A stretch of DNA of 64,000 bases from Octopus sinensis (GCF_006345805.1 NC_043001.1:3782001-3846000), one strand, 5' to 3'. Shown: positions 39,846-53,503, counted from the first letter of the stretch. Made by a program: numbers and translations. The notes: a model not told the origin generated them from the sequence alone.

Positions 39846-40001
39846 TATTGAGGGCATTACTACACATAAATGCCACACGCTAGGAGGGACTCTTAAAGCC
39901 AAAACTACCAAAATAAATAAACACATAGTACTATTTTGGTAGTCTTGAATTTAAGAGTCCCTCCTAGAGTGTGGCATTTATATATAGTAATGCTCTCAAT
40001 A
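39846..40001. repeat. ~156 bp palindrome (about 70 bp arms) next to (TA)n; MITE-like
   Basis: TATTGAGGGCATTACTA..ATAAATGCCACAC.CTAGGAGGGACTCTTAAA.. is mirrored by ..TTTAAGAGTCCCTCCTAG.GTGTGGCATTTAT..TAGTAATGCTCTCAATA. Confidence 0.85.
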
Positions 40002-40140
40002 CAATATAGATAAATATATTTAAGAGAAAAATTGATGATTTTTCTCTTATGAGGATTTTCACGCTAACTACTTGATAAATTCTTATAAAGATTTTATCCT
40101 ATTTTTAAATCGTGTATATATATATATACAGAGAGAGAGG

Positions 40141-40176
<36 letters not shown>

Positions 40177-41326
40177 CGGATAGATAAACTGAAACACACA
40201 CATTCACCACGGGTCAACTGTATATTACATCTCCACACGTTGTAGCCCCTGCAGCAGTGTTAGAAACCGCCATTATTAATTTATGCCCAACATAAAATAG
40301 ACCAGCATTTTTCTGCGCATAAACTTGTCCTTTCTGTAGTTGATGGTTTTTTTTTATTTTTTGATCCTAAATTCCTTTCGCATAGGAGACGGAATAAACA
40401 AAAGCAGTCGTGTATGTAATAACATTTATTACGTTATATGTATACACTTTTATCTTTGAAAATCATCGACTTAACAGAGAACGATTCTGACCAGAACAAT
40501 AATAAACAATAATGAAACATAACAAAGAATCTTTCATTCTAAAACCAAGTTTCCCTTAAAAAACACTAAGTTTCTCCCCAGAGTGAAATTTCCTTCAGCT
40601 TAAGATTTGCGCAAAGAGATCATTATATAAAAGAGAAGAAACGATTTTTATTGAAAGTATGAAACCTTGCGGGAATTTTGTGTCTTGAGAGAGAGCCGAT
40701 AAAGTAATTACGAAATATTGCCATTATCTTTAAGCTTTTGACATTGCGAATAACATCATGATATGATAAAATTATTAGCTGAAGCTGGTGATTTGGCAGA
40801 ATTGTTAAGAATCTCAAAAATATGGTAGAATATAATTTCCAACTCTTTACACTTTTTAAGTTCAAATCACATTTAAGTCAAGTTTATCTTTCATCCAGGG
40901 CAGGTAAAATGCTCTACCTGTCAAGTATTGAGGTCAGTGACAGCAATTAAGCGTCTCCAGTCAAAACTGCTGTCCTTGTACCTAAATCAGAAACCATTAT
41001 TACCTTGGTGCTTTTAAAGTCGTGCTTTGACAGACATGGTAGATTCCCAGACAAATACTTTGATCGACTTAATCGATTAATTTTTCTCCACCAAAACTGT
41101 GACGATAAATCTATGTTAAATTCAATTGGTAGAATCAGTAGAGCAACTTCTTTTGTATAATCGGTGCCGCCTTAGTGTATAAGAGGGTGTGTAAATGTGA
41201 AAGAATGAAATTGTTTGTTTTGTAATATGAAGACATTGAACGGAGAACTATACGCAACATCTGCATTTCGAGGGACCACTCTAATACTACTACTACTACT
41301 ACTACCACCACCACCACCACCACTAA

Positions 41327-41374
<48 letters not shown>

Positions 41375-41819
41375 CAGTGGTTGTTTGCTTCGTAATCATA
41401 ATGCTCCAGGTTCGATTACATGCGTAGCATCTCGGGCAAGTATATTGCATGATAGAATGAGATCCACCTAAGCCTTGCTTGTATTTGGAAGCCCGTTACA
41501 GAAATCCACTTAATTATTTAAGATCCAGCTTTTTTCGCATTTTCTCACAGCGGTTCCTTCGGAACAAATTATATACTTGCTGCTGTTTGTACCGGTAATG
41601 GGTCTTAACTGTAATATATTTTTCGAACGCACCTCTCTACCTAAGATGCGAGCACGTCCCTTGTCAATTAACACGATGATTATGTTCATTCTAACTCCCA
41701 CTTTTGATAGTGAAGCTTATGGTGTTCTTATTCGTGCCAGGCGCCATGTTGGTATTTTCATTTCACATGCTTATCAATGATATGACTGTTGTTTCTGATA
41801 GGACATGAGGTCTCTTACC

Positions 41820-41950
41820 CCACAACACTCGTAGAGATGGTGGGCGAGGAAATTAGTTCAATGGAATTTGAACTCAGGACATAAAAGACGGTTGGAATAC
41901 TGCAAAGCATTTTTCCCGGTGCGCTACCGATTCTGCCAGCTGGCCGCTTT
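41820..41950 (-). mobile_element. SINE 5' fragment
   Basis: Reverse complement GCGGCCAGCTGGCAGAATCGGTAGCGCACCGG...CTGAGTTCAAATTCC. Confidence 0.65.
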
Positions 41951-42734
41951 TTGGGTGGATAATATTCTCAAGACATTTGTTATGGAATGGTTTAATTTTT
42001 AAGATTGCAGAGGGTAATTAACTTATTGTTATCGTTGTTGTTCTTGTTGTTGTTGTTGTTGTTTATCTCTCTATAAAAACTAACTGGGAATATCTCACAT
42101 CAATTCCATCCATGACCATTACATCTCTCAAGTATTGTCTATGGAAGACAGCATTATGTAAATATCCTCTCATTCTTGTGTGCTTCTTTTTCAAGATTGT
42201 AGGCTGATATGAATGGAGTTAGGCTGCGTGTTTTAGTAAGTCAAGTATTCATAGAAAGGTACCACCATCAGCACAATAATCTACTGATACCAAAATATGT
42301 ATTTATTTATTTATTTACCTCCTTGTAAAAGAAATATTGTTAACACCGTGTGAATGATGTGAAGATAAAAATAATGTGTTAGCGTTGGGATTAAGTAGAT
42401 ACTTAATGTAAATTTAAGATAGAAATTTTACCAAAATAATCACTGAATGATGGAAAGAGCTACAATAACACTGATAATGATCTTAATCAGGTTGGTGGAC
42501 GCATATTATGATTGAACAGAGCATTAAAGAACTATTTTTCCAGTCGTACTTGGTTGTTATTTGTGTGTAGATATGTCGGAATGCCTGCGTGTGTTAGCAT
42601 GGATGTGTTCTAAGATTAATGGTAAGTGTTTGTGTTTAAACTATTCCTTCTTTAGCAAAATGTATCTCACGTCTTGGAATTACCGTCGAGTCTCTTACTT
42701 TAGCTTTGGGTTTATCAATAAGTTTTGAGGGGTT

Positions 42735-42950
42735 AAGGCAGTGTTGGCAGAATCGTTACTACAACAGGCAAACTTGTTTGAGGCATTGAATCTGTCTTTA
42801 AGTTCTGAGTTCAAATTCCACCAAGGTCGACTTTTCCTTTCATCTTTTCAAGTTCGATAAAATAAGTACGAGTCGAATAGTGAAATCGATGTGATCGGCT
42901 TACCACTTACCCTGATATTGTTGGTTTTGTGCAATAATCTGAAATCAATA
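42735..42950 (+). mobile_element. Degenerate SINE
   Basis: TTGGCAGAATCGTTA..TTCTGAGTTCAAATTCCACCAAGGTCGACTTT..AAATAAGTAC. Confidence 0.65.
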
Positions 42951-44184
42951 ATTTGTGAGTTCAATTTCTTTGATCGAATCCGTACCACACACACACATAC
43001 TGAGCATACCAAGTCTTAAGATGGCGGAGTGAGATTTGAATGGAATTTGACTGTTATTTCTTGTTGAGTGAGCCACTACAAAGAGGCTTACCCATATTGG
43101 ACTCGAATAAATAATGAGAGTATCATATAAATGAAACGCGTCTGTTTATTTGCAATGATCCATTTGTATCCTATCAGGAATATTTTCATTGAAGAATGGA
43201 TGGATTCTGCTGGGCAGATTTATCTTAGTTACGCTGATAAGATTTTATTTAGAAAGATCAAACAATATAATATTCCCAACACCAAGATATTTAAGTGTAT
43301 TCATTCTATTGTGATGTTAGGGTGACATTTATTAAATCTCATTCGAGACAATTTGCCTTACAGAAAGTTGCTACATATTAATTCCACTGCACCATGTACC
43401 AAAGGCCATAACATAACTTTCTTACTAATCCAAATCCATTAGGATCTATTATATTTCATTGGCCTTCGGTAATATAAGGAAATCATAACTTCCATTGTTT
43501 CCCTCTCTATTAACCCCAAGCATTATTCCTATTTAAGAAATCAATATTTGTATAGAAATTCATTCTGTTATGGAAAGATTCCTTTCTATTCATATCTGAG
43601 ATGTTTTATAACCACCGTTTATAGATGTTGCGCTGCATTTGTTGTCGTTGTTGTTGGTGTTGTTGCTGTCACTGGTCTCTTAAGTGTTGAAAGCAAACAA
43701 CGTGTTATTTCTGTTCACACACACACACAACGAATTAACCATTTAATAAGTACCTTCGGGGTAAACCAGGGGTCAAAGAAGCAAGAGGTTCGTCAATGTT
43801 CTGATAGGAAGGGATTAAACGTGTGAAGTGCTCCGCATTGGGAAACGGTGAGTCAGTGTGAATCAGGAGGTTATGAGAAAGGTGCGCATGGGATGTTATT
43901 GGGGCATTTTAACATACTGACATCGTAAAGAAAGAGTCATGGAGATGCTACTACAAGAGACCGTGGGATGGGAAGAATGCCAGGGAGGCTGACAGAAAAA
44001 GGCTCCTTCGGAAAATATCGACTGAGAGGCCAGCAATTGAAGTTGACAGTTGTTCAGTCAACAAAAAGATTAAAAACAGAGACGAGAAAAGCCGGTGGAC
44101 ATTCAGGAAGAGCTGGCGAGTTGCTGTAATCCGCCGCAATCGATATCACATCTTTATATCAACGCAATATACATACTTGCATGT

Positions 44185-44500
44185 AAAGGACCTGGCTTAA
44201 TGGTTAGTCTATTTGGCTAACTATCTTAAGGTCGTCAGTTCGATTATCGGCGGTGCGTTTGGTTCCTGAGCAAGAAACTTTGTTTCACATTACCCCAGTC
44301 CACTCAGCTAGTAAAAACAAATAGTACTCGTAATTCAAAGGCCAATCTTGTCCAATTCTCTGTCACACTGAATCTCTCTGAGGACAATACTTAGGTTACG
44401 GGTGTCGGTGGAGTCCTCATCTACTTACACATCGGTTTTCGAGCAGGTTGTTCCGTTGATCAGATCAACTGGACCTCACAGGTTCGAAGCCGACTGAATG
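44185..44500 (+). mobile_element. Degenerate tRNA-derived SINE
   Basis: TGGCTTAATGGTTAG, AGTTCGATT, CCTGAGCAAGAAACTT..CCAGTCCACTCAGCT central domain, GAGCAGGTTGTTCCGTTGATCAGATCAAC. Confidence 0.6.
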
Positions 44501-45029
44501 CAAGAGACAGTCATACTTGTACACCACAGCAAATGTTTCTGATAACACCAACACGATCACGATTTTTGCATTATAATTCCGAGTGACATTATTTCGGAAT
44601 CATCTTATTTCCAAGTTGCTTCTCCTATCACAAAAAAATCACAGCATGGTCCGCATGCATTTTATAATGCAACAAGCCGGAGTGAAGATGTTTAAGAGGA
44701 CACAGTCTCTTTCATACAGGGTTAGCTTAAAGGTTAAGGTCCATCTAAACGTGTGTCCTGCGCTGCAACTTTCGGAGCCCACGATTCCATTGTATGGAGG
44801 TAATCATATTCAAAACTACCGCTTTTTTATTGTATCACCCCATCTATTGTTTTCCTGGTAGGTTTACTCGAGTTACTGTTCATATATATAAGGTTGGAAA
44901 ATTAAGTTTAGGAGTTTAAAAAATAAGAAAATTAAATTGAATTAAAAAGCTAATTGAAATTAAAAATGAAAACTAAAATCATAAAAATTAAAATAAAATA
45001 ATAAACAAGGGAAATGAAGTGGAAGGTTT

Positions 45030-45290
45030 CACAAGAATGAGGGCCTGTTATGTCCAAACAGTATGAATGATCGTGGCATGAAACTGAAGCGGTATCCTTG
45101 GCGAAATCTAGTGACGGCAGTTCCATAGTGCAAACCCAGGTCTAAGACGGTGAGGTGTTTGATGGAATGATTGGTAGAGCGAGAATAACGGGCGATGAGT
45201 GTATATCCTTTAGATGTATATCCTGTAAATTTGTCGGCAAAACCTTGGCCACACCGACCAATATATAAATTTTCACACAAGGTATATTTA
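45030..45290 (-). mobile_element. Penelope-like element remnant: C-terminal half of the GIY-YIG endonuclease
   Basis: CENLYIGRCGQGFADKF...RSTNHSIKHLTVLDLGLHYG...GHNRPSFL*, followed by a T-rich 3' region. Confidence 0.7.
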
Positions 45291-45328
45291 AAATGATAGA
45301 TGATATATAAAGACACACACACACACAC

Positions 45329-45414
<86 letters not shown>

Positions 45415-45429
45415 CATACGTATGTGTAT

Positions 45430-45900
45430 ACTGTGATGGCAATCCCTCGAGGTCGAGGATGATGGTCTTCGCGCAAATCTACTGGTGAGTCCGTAGGTGA
45501 CCGATAAGACCAATTCTTGCTTGAAAAGATCGAACGCAGTGCGGACATCTAGTGCCAGAAGGGAGAGTCACACGTGGTTGTTGTTGGCGCTCTTCTGTCG
45601 TCGTCTTTTCTCCTCCAGCTCTGCAGACCTTTTTGACTCGAAAGTCGCTGTTCCCTCATGGGTGGTGGTTTTCCAGAGTGGTCTGTTTTTTGCCGTTTCC
45701 TCCCATTTAGTGAAGTCGATGTCACACTTTTGAGGTTCGTTTTCAGGGAGTGCTTGTAGCGTTTCTTCTGGTCTCCTTTTGTACGCTTGCCGTCTTTGAG
45801 TTGGGAGTAGAAGATCTGTTTGGGAAGTCGTTCGTCAGTCATTCTAACCACGTGGCCGCTCCATCTTAGTTGCCCTTTGATGACATAGGCTTTGAAGAAC
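45430..45900 (-). mobile_element. RTE (BovB-like) LINE 3' end
   Basis: LRWSGHVVRMTDERLPKQIFYSQLKDGKRTKGDQKKRYK and terminal C2H2 CPHCVRSFQARIGLIGHLRTHQ*; short 3' UTR, then (TA)/(GT)n. Confidence 0.85.
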
Positions 45901-45974
45901 TAACGTGCTAAAAACGTGTATACTACACTTGTTGCAAATGGAGTATTTAATTTTACTCTTATCATCGCTGATGT

Positions 45975-46190
45975 AAGGCGGCGATTTGGCAGAATCGTTA
46001 GCAACGCTAGAGGAAATGCTTTACAGCATTGTGCTCGTTGCTACATTCTGAATGCAACTTTTCCCCCGGGTCGACTTTGCCTTTCATCCTTTTGGAGTTC
46101 GATAAATTAAGTGCCAGTTGCCTAATGGGGTCGATCTAAACTACTGGTACTCTTCCCCTAAAATTTCAGGCCTTTTACCTATAGTCGAAA
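45975..46190 (+). mobile_element. Degenerate SINE
   Basis: GGCGGCGATTTGGCAGAATCGTTAGC..GTCGACTTTGCCTTTCATCC..GATAAATTAAGT. Confidence 0.7.
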
Positions 46191-46873
46191 TGATTATTAT
46201 TATGGCTGGTGTTGTTATTATTAGATATACATTATAATATAATTGTCCCTTATTTGATGCCCATATTCAATTGTTACCATCTTGAAATATATTTATTGTC
46301 CGAGCATCGACGGTGTTACGTTCTTGATATTATTCTGGTAAAAGAGCAATGAATACATATTATTCGGCATATATTTATACGTAACTGAATATATATTCAA
46401 GGATTATATGTGCTCAACGGAATCAAATACCATATGGATCTGAACGCAGCTGTTGGAAGGTTGAGTTACCTTTCAATTAAATAATGAAATATTTTCGTAA
46501 TTAATCAATTAATCTAGTAATAATAAATTCTTATTGAGACAGGGACCGTAACGGCATCTATGCTTTATTAATCTTGGGGATACTTTAGTTTCATCAATCT
46601 ACTACTCATTACTAATAGAATTTAATGTTTAATCCTCAATCCACAATCCATAATACATATGCATAATTCTTCACATAATCCCCAACAATATTTGTAGATT
46701 TTATAGAAATCGTTAAGTTACTGAAAGAAATTATTGTCCTAGGCATAAAACCGACTAATCTCTTTTATATAATTAATGAAATATGTTATCTTAATATTAT
46801 AAAGTATTTGTCATACCAAATACACTAAACTTTAAATATTTGTTCATTTTAAACTAGGTTTCGTTTAACTATT

Positions 46874-47345
46874 ATCATGGGTCACCCCAAAAATAAGGCG
46901 GTTTTTTTATACTTTTGATTTTTAAAATCAAGATAAAGTGATCTTTTTACCTAAAATATACTTTCCTTCATTTTCTACAATGCCCTTCCAACTACTTGGT
47001 AGTCTTGCTAGGCCCCTCTTCCAAAATGCACTTGTCCGAAAAATACTCCTCCACTACTGTTCTGACCTCGTCTACAGAATACATATTGATTTTGAAAACT
47101 AATGTATGATAATCCGGCGAATATGGTGGGTGGGGTATAGTTCCAACTGCTCCAGTCCTTGTGATGTCATCCTCGCTATATGTGGCCGAGCATTATTTTG
47201 ATGGAAAACACCTTTCTTCTTGAAACCAAAGATTGCACTTTCCGATGGCAAGCAGGTGTGTGTGAATGTTGAAAGACCTAATCCAAGTTTCTCTGCTAGT
47301 TCCTCAACAGTTACGATGGGAGTTTGTTCCACGTGGGTTGCAGGA
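46874..47345 (-). mobile_element. Internally deleted mariner remnant with 3' TIR-like end
   Basis: VEQTPIVTVEELAEKLG (HTH) joined directly to KKGVFHQNNARPHIAR and IPHPPYSPD (catalytic motifs). Confidence 0.75.
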
Positions 47346-47368
47346 TGTCAAGTGATACATATACGTAC

Positions 47369-47419
<51 letters not shown>

Positions 47420-47423
<4 letters not shown>

Positions 47424-47590
47424 TATATATACGACAGGCTTTTTCTGTTTCCGTGTACCAAATTCACTCACAAAATTTGAGTCGGCCCGAGGTCATAGCA
47501 GTAGACACTTGCCCAAGGTGCCACGCAGTGGGCGTGAATCCAGAACCATGTGTTTGGTAAGCAAGCTACTTAGCGCACAGCCACTCATGC
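47420..47590 (-). mobile_element. tRNA-derived SINE 5' portion
   Basis: Reverse complement GAGTGGCTGTGCGCTAAGTAGCTTGCTT..GGTTCTGGATTCACGCCCACTGCGTGGCACCTTGGGCAAGTGTC. Confidence 0.8.
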
Positions 47591-47906
47591 CCCTCCACAC
47601 ACCCACATATATTCGAATATGATAAAGGATAATATCGTTAAAGATTTTACCAGTGTCCAGCATATAAAATAGACCTATTAAGGGAAACTTATATATAGAG
47701 AGATATTATAGTGTAAAATACAATTATAGTTAGCTGCATAAAAGAGACCATGCCTATGCTGAAAATAGACGCTAAATCCTCCAATGACTCGAAATCATCA
47801 CTTTATAATACACTCATGTTGCAAGCGAGGAAGGAGACTGACAGAAATTCAATTCATAGAATAACTCAGTTTTAGATTGATTAATTTCTGGATTAGTTTG
47901 ATAATA

Positions 47907-48220
47907 CTTCCTTCATCAGCAAAGCATACTGAGTGAAATAAGCGAGACATTTATGCACACCCACAGAAAATCATATGCAAAGCTGCAGCGATTACATACA
48001 AATACAACAAGTATATACGCATCAAATTTTGTGTTCCACCTCAAAAAGTGTGTATTTAGACAAAGTAGTACGGAAGTGGCAACGCTGTCGGGAAAGTGAA
48101 TGGAAAAATATTCAAATATAACAAAGGAGAAAATCGTTAAAAATATTATCATTTGCTTTTCTGCACTTACGTATAAATGTTTCCTTTATTTCACTCAGTA
48201 AGCTTTGCTGATGAAGGAAG
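47907..48220. mobile_element. MITE-like element with about 40-50 bp TIRs
   Basis: CTTCCTTCATCAGCAAAGCATACTGAGTGAAATAA versus TTATTTCACTCAGTAAGCTTTGCTGATGAAGGAAG. Confidence 0.6.
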
Positions 48221-48776
48221 GTTTTTAAAAGTAATCCAGAAATTCATCAATCCAAAGCTATCTGAATTAATTTGAGACTTTCTGTCAGTCTACTTCTTTA
48301 CTGGTTGGTCTTCATAGCAACTTACTCTGCCATCAGAAAACCTTTATTTGCTTCTGCCACCGATAAAGATTTTTGCCGGTGCCTCGCATTTTGATTTTCG
48401 ACATTTGTAATTTAATTCAATTTCTTGCTATGGATCTAATTAATTAGTTGGATTTTGAGAGTTTAATCCATCAGAGCATGTAGCAATTACTCTTGTGAAT
48501 CTGGAATTTAGTTTGCCAGCACAAATGCCTGCCGTTTCAGCTGCACTCAGTAGTTCTCTACCACATTCTGCTCTAGAAATATATACTTCTAAGATATTAG
48601 ACATGTTGTAAAATTTGTGATACATCTTTAAAATATTACGGAGATATACGTGCATAGCAAGTGACCTGATTTGAGATCGTGTGCCGGAACGAAAATATTT
48701 GCAGCGCTGAAGGTGTTTATAAGCCATTTAAGAAACACGGAAAAACCATTAGATTCACTTTAACATTTAAATTTTA

Positions 48777-48827
48777 TTTGTCAAAATATTTTCGTCGCTT
48801 TGAGACCGCGAACTGTTCCCTGACAAA
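48777..48827 (-). ncRNA. HHR-like motif with G3/C8 core swap
   Basis: Minus strand: TTTGTCA-GGGAACA-GTTCGC-GGTCTCAAA-GCGAC-GAAA-ATATT-T-TGACAAA; 7-bp stem I, palindromic AATATT stem III, overlapping AATAAA just downstream. Confidence 0.55.
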
Positions 48828-49749
48828 ACTTCGTGCTGCATCTTTAAAATAGATTTCTGGTATAACGGGTTTTGTATTCAAGGGCTGTCATTATACAATC
48901 CGCTACTTACTACATTGTCATGTCTATGCTTCTACAGCAAATTTGTTAATGTAACTGAGAAATTGTTGTAAAGAGGGTTAATGAACGAAGTGATAAAAAC
49001 AATTATGAGACCAACAGTAACTAATATTGATTTTAACGATAAACTAGACAATTTCAATGAGAATATATAGCTCTGGACTAAAACCGGACGTTGCGAAACT
49101 TTACGGTAATATTTGATTAGTCGGAAACGGTTTTACCTGTGATGCTACTAACGTTTATCTACCTTTCACACGGATTTAACAGGTGAACTTGTCGATAGAT
49201 GAATCACCATAAACTTATGGACTTACGGCGAACAGATTAGAGTATCAGATATAAATAGCTGAGATTCTTAGAAAACATTCTCTTGAATACAGTTATAGGT
49301 AATAATTCTTCAAGCAATGCACATAAAATAAACTAACATTATAGTATAACATACTTAAGTGATAAACTATAGAGTTTTCTATAGAATTCAGAGCCAGCAC
49401 CGTAAGTTTTAAATACGAATTCGTCCATGTAAACAATGCGATGGACGATAGATAAAAGATGTATAATTCGTGCATTTGCATATTCCAAGATTAATTTCTC
49501 TTTCAATAGTTTCTATACCGAATAAACATACGGTCACATATGCCGCAGTTAATAAGAAGCACCTTTGCTTCCTTATTGATGTTTGTCGAAGTTTATCAAG
49601 ATGGTGATTTCAATGCGCGGTATTTCTACCATTTTTGATGAAGCATTCTTACGCAGCCAGACCAAGATCTTCTTCGTAATTCTTCTCCCCGCTTGACAAG
49701 ATACTCTCTTCCGGACATTAGCGTCATCGGGGCCAGTATTTAAAGAAAA

Positions 49750-50142
49750 ATGACGATTTTGTCATATCTTGTTGCTTTGGTTTGTAGCTCGTGTTTGTCA
49801 TTTTCTTGTCAAACACTCTACCACTATTGCAACGCCCTCCTCCTCCACCACCAAAGCCCCCATCTCCATCACCGACTTCATCCACATAAACGTCATAGAC
49901 GCTATACTCCTTCACTTTCTCTTCTTTCTCCTTTTCAACATCATTATCATCGTCATTATCATCGAGGTCGTTGTCTGCATCCTCATCATCGTCGTCATCA
50001 CCATCATCATCATCATCATCATCATCAATCATCCACAACACCACCAACAACAACAACAATAACAACAGCAGCAACAGAAGTAGAAGAAAACGAAGATAAT
50101 AATAATATCAATAATAATGATGATGATGATGATGATGATGAC

Positions 50143-50177
<35 letters not shown>

Positions 50178-50820
50178 CGATGATGATGATGATGGTGATG
50201 ATGACGACGAAGAAAATGAAAATATGAAAAAGCTGATGAAGAACATGGAAAAGAAAAACTAGAAAAATGATGAAGAAGAAGAAGAAGAAGAAGAAGAAGA
50301 AGAAGAAGAAGAAGAAGAAGAAGAAAAAGAAGGAAAAGAAGGAAAAGAAGAAGAAGAAGAAGAAGAAGAAGAAGAAAAAGAAGGAAAAGAAGGAAAAGAA
50401 GAAGAAGAAGAAGAAGAAGAAGAAGAAAAGAAGAAGAAGAAGAAGAAGAAGAAGAAGAAGAAGAGTTAGACAACATACCACACTTTCCAATCTTGTTATT
50501 ATTCTTCGGACATTCTTCTAACTCTGCCAGAATCTCTTCAGTTCTAAGTTTGCGTTCCTGTTGTGGCTGTGACATAATTTCATATATCAATAAGCATCGA
50601 TCAGAAGTTTGGCCATAAAACTCCAGTAACCAACCCATACCTAATCAATCACAAACTTCTAACAGAGCTCTGTAGACAACCGCTTCAGTTGTTAGAGTTT
50701 CTTTATTAGAATTTCATGTGCTTTCTTTTTCCCTTCTTCTTCTTGTTTGCTTCCATTTTATATATACGTACATAAACACACACGAGCATACACACATGTA
50801 TATACGTACGTATGTACAAA

Positions 50821-50890
<70 letters not shown>

Positions 50891-51152
50891 TATATGCATG
50901 CGTGTATATATGTGTGTAATATATGTGTAACATATATGTATATATAACTATATATATACAAATATATTATGTATATATATATACATATATAAGTACATAA
51001 TTTTATATATATACAAGCATATTCATGAATGTTAATATATATATGTGTGTGTATGTATGTATATATATATATTATATATATATATATATATATGTATATA
51101 GGCATTTGTGTGTGTACGTGTATGCGTATGTATTGTATATATGCATATGTAG

Positions 51153-51192
<40 letters not shown>

Positions 51193-52200
51193 TACATACG
51201 CATATATACACACCTCTAGGAACACACGATCATTACATATATATATAATATATTGCCATCAGTGATGTATGGCAGCCAAAATGACAAGACTTTATTGAAT
51301 AACCAACCTTTTTTGAAACAAATACTGCCTTATTGATAAAACTACACTAACAGTAATATTAATAATAACGTTAATAATGATTATAAAGCTGGGTTGGAAG
51401 TTACTAAAACGATTGGCGGTGATATTTGTGGTGGTGGTAGTGCAGGCGATGGTAATGGTGATGAAGGTAGTGATGATGATGACGATGATGATTATAATGG
51501 CGGAGGTGGTGGTGGTGGTGGTGGTGGTGGTGATGGTGGTAATGGTAAACATAAAGAATTAGGAATATTAGTATTTCTAAGAATAGTAGCACCAGAGGAA
51601 TAATGCTTGCAGTATTGCACTTGTATTAGGAACCGCGTTCGTATCGGCATCACCACCACGACCACCACCACAACAACCACCAGCACCACCAGCACCACCA
51701 CTACCACCACAAAATCATCATCAACATCATCATCACTGTCATCGCCATCATCATCATCGTCGTGGTCATCATCATCATCGTTGTGGTCGTGGTCATCATC
51801 GTCACCCTTCACCTTCTTCTCTACATCATCATAATCATCCTCATCAACATCATCATCATCATCATCATCATCCTCATCACCATCATCCTCATCACCAGCA
51901 TCTTCATCATCATCATCAACATCATCATCATATTCATCATCATCATCACTGTCGTCATCATCATCATCATCATCAGCATCATCATCACCACCATCATCAT
52001 CATCATCATCATCATCACCATCACCACCATCATCATCATCATCATCACCACCATCATCATCATCATCATCATCATCAATCATGATCATCAACATCATCAT
52101 CATCATCGCCATCACCGTCATCATCATCACCATCATCATCGCCATCACCATCATCACCATCATCATCATCATCATCATCATCGCCATCACCATCATCACC

Positions 52201-52259
<59 letters not shown>

Positions 52260-52460
52260 CATCATCATCACCATCATCATCACCATCATCATCATCAACA
52301 TCATCATCAACATCATCATCAATCCTGATCATCAACATCATCATCAATCCTGATCATCAACATCATCATCATCATCATCATCATCGCCATCACCATCATC
52401 ATCATCATCATCATCATCACCATCATCATCACCATCATCATCATCAACATCATCATCATC
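49750..52460. repeat. Compound microsatellite zone: (CAT/GAT)n, (CAA)n, (AAT)n, (GAA)n, (TA)n, (GGT)n, (CAC)n and a ~0.8 kb (CAT/CAC) array
   Basis: Read directly; it explains the poly-D/H/I/M/K ORFs in the track. Confidence 0.95.
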
Positions 52461-52879
52461 ATCGTCACCATCGTCATGACGAGGAGCAGTAGCAGCACCA
52501 ACAGACATGGTGGTAAGCACATGAACATCGGAACTGAAACAAAACAAAGCAAAACGAAACAAGAAGCACAAATCTAAACGCGATTGCTAAGATTAAAAAG
52601 AGCAAGAACAACCGATGTTATGACCCAGTCTAATTAGATAATTTCATATCATGCTGCAATATCTCAACGCGATTTCTCCGCCACTTTTTCAAACCATTAA
52701 TATATTCAATAGGCATCAAAAGAGGCAATTATTCCTGATATACGATTCTCTCCAGAAAAACCATTCGGCTGCTGCCTCTAACTAGAGGATGATCTGGCTG
52801 CTTTCAGCTGAATCAATATCTTGTTAGTCTACGGGTAACTGGTTCGGGTTCCTGTTCTGCGAAACCCATTCTAAATATG

Positions 52880-53078
52880 CATCCACATACATATATACGC
52901 ATTATATGCACACACACACTCAAATATATATATATATGTATGTATCTCTCTCTCTCTTCGTTTCTCTCTCCCTCCCTCACTCTCTCTCACTCTCTCTCTC
53001 TATATATATATTTATATAAATACACACATACACACAAATGTATATGTATATTGATATATATATATATATATGTATATT

Positions 53079-53129
<51 letters not shown>

Positions 53130-53297
53130 TGCATATATATATAAGTGTGTCTGTATCTATATGCAGATATATTTTATATATACCCCGATGCGTACATTCG
53201 TCTGTGTAAGAGTGCATATGAATGTACATACATATGTATGTATGTAGGTAGGTATGTCTCTCTATTTCTCTCGAGGTATGCACATACCTGTATATAC

Positions 53298-53351
<54 letters not shown>

Positions 53352-53503
53352 GTATATATATATATATACATGCACAAACACACACACACATATACCTTTA
53401 TAAATATATATAGTAGAACATTTACGAGTATAATGATATAAATACAAATAACAATAAGTACATCAATAATAGGTATAATCATAACGATGAGAATAATGAT
53501 GGA

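Noticed and set aside
50465-50700. Minus-strand peptide MSQPQQERKLRTEEILAELEEC, vaguely like a piggyBac N-terminus
   Set aside because: Too short, runs into (TTC)n, and has no TTAA-bounded TIR or catalytic motif
51613-51624. 12-nt match to the start of miR-92 (TATTGCACTTGT)
   Set aside because: The rest of the mature sequence differs and there is no precursor hairpin
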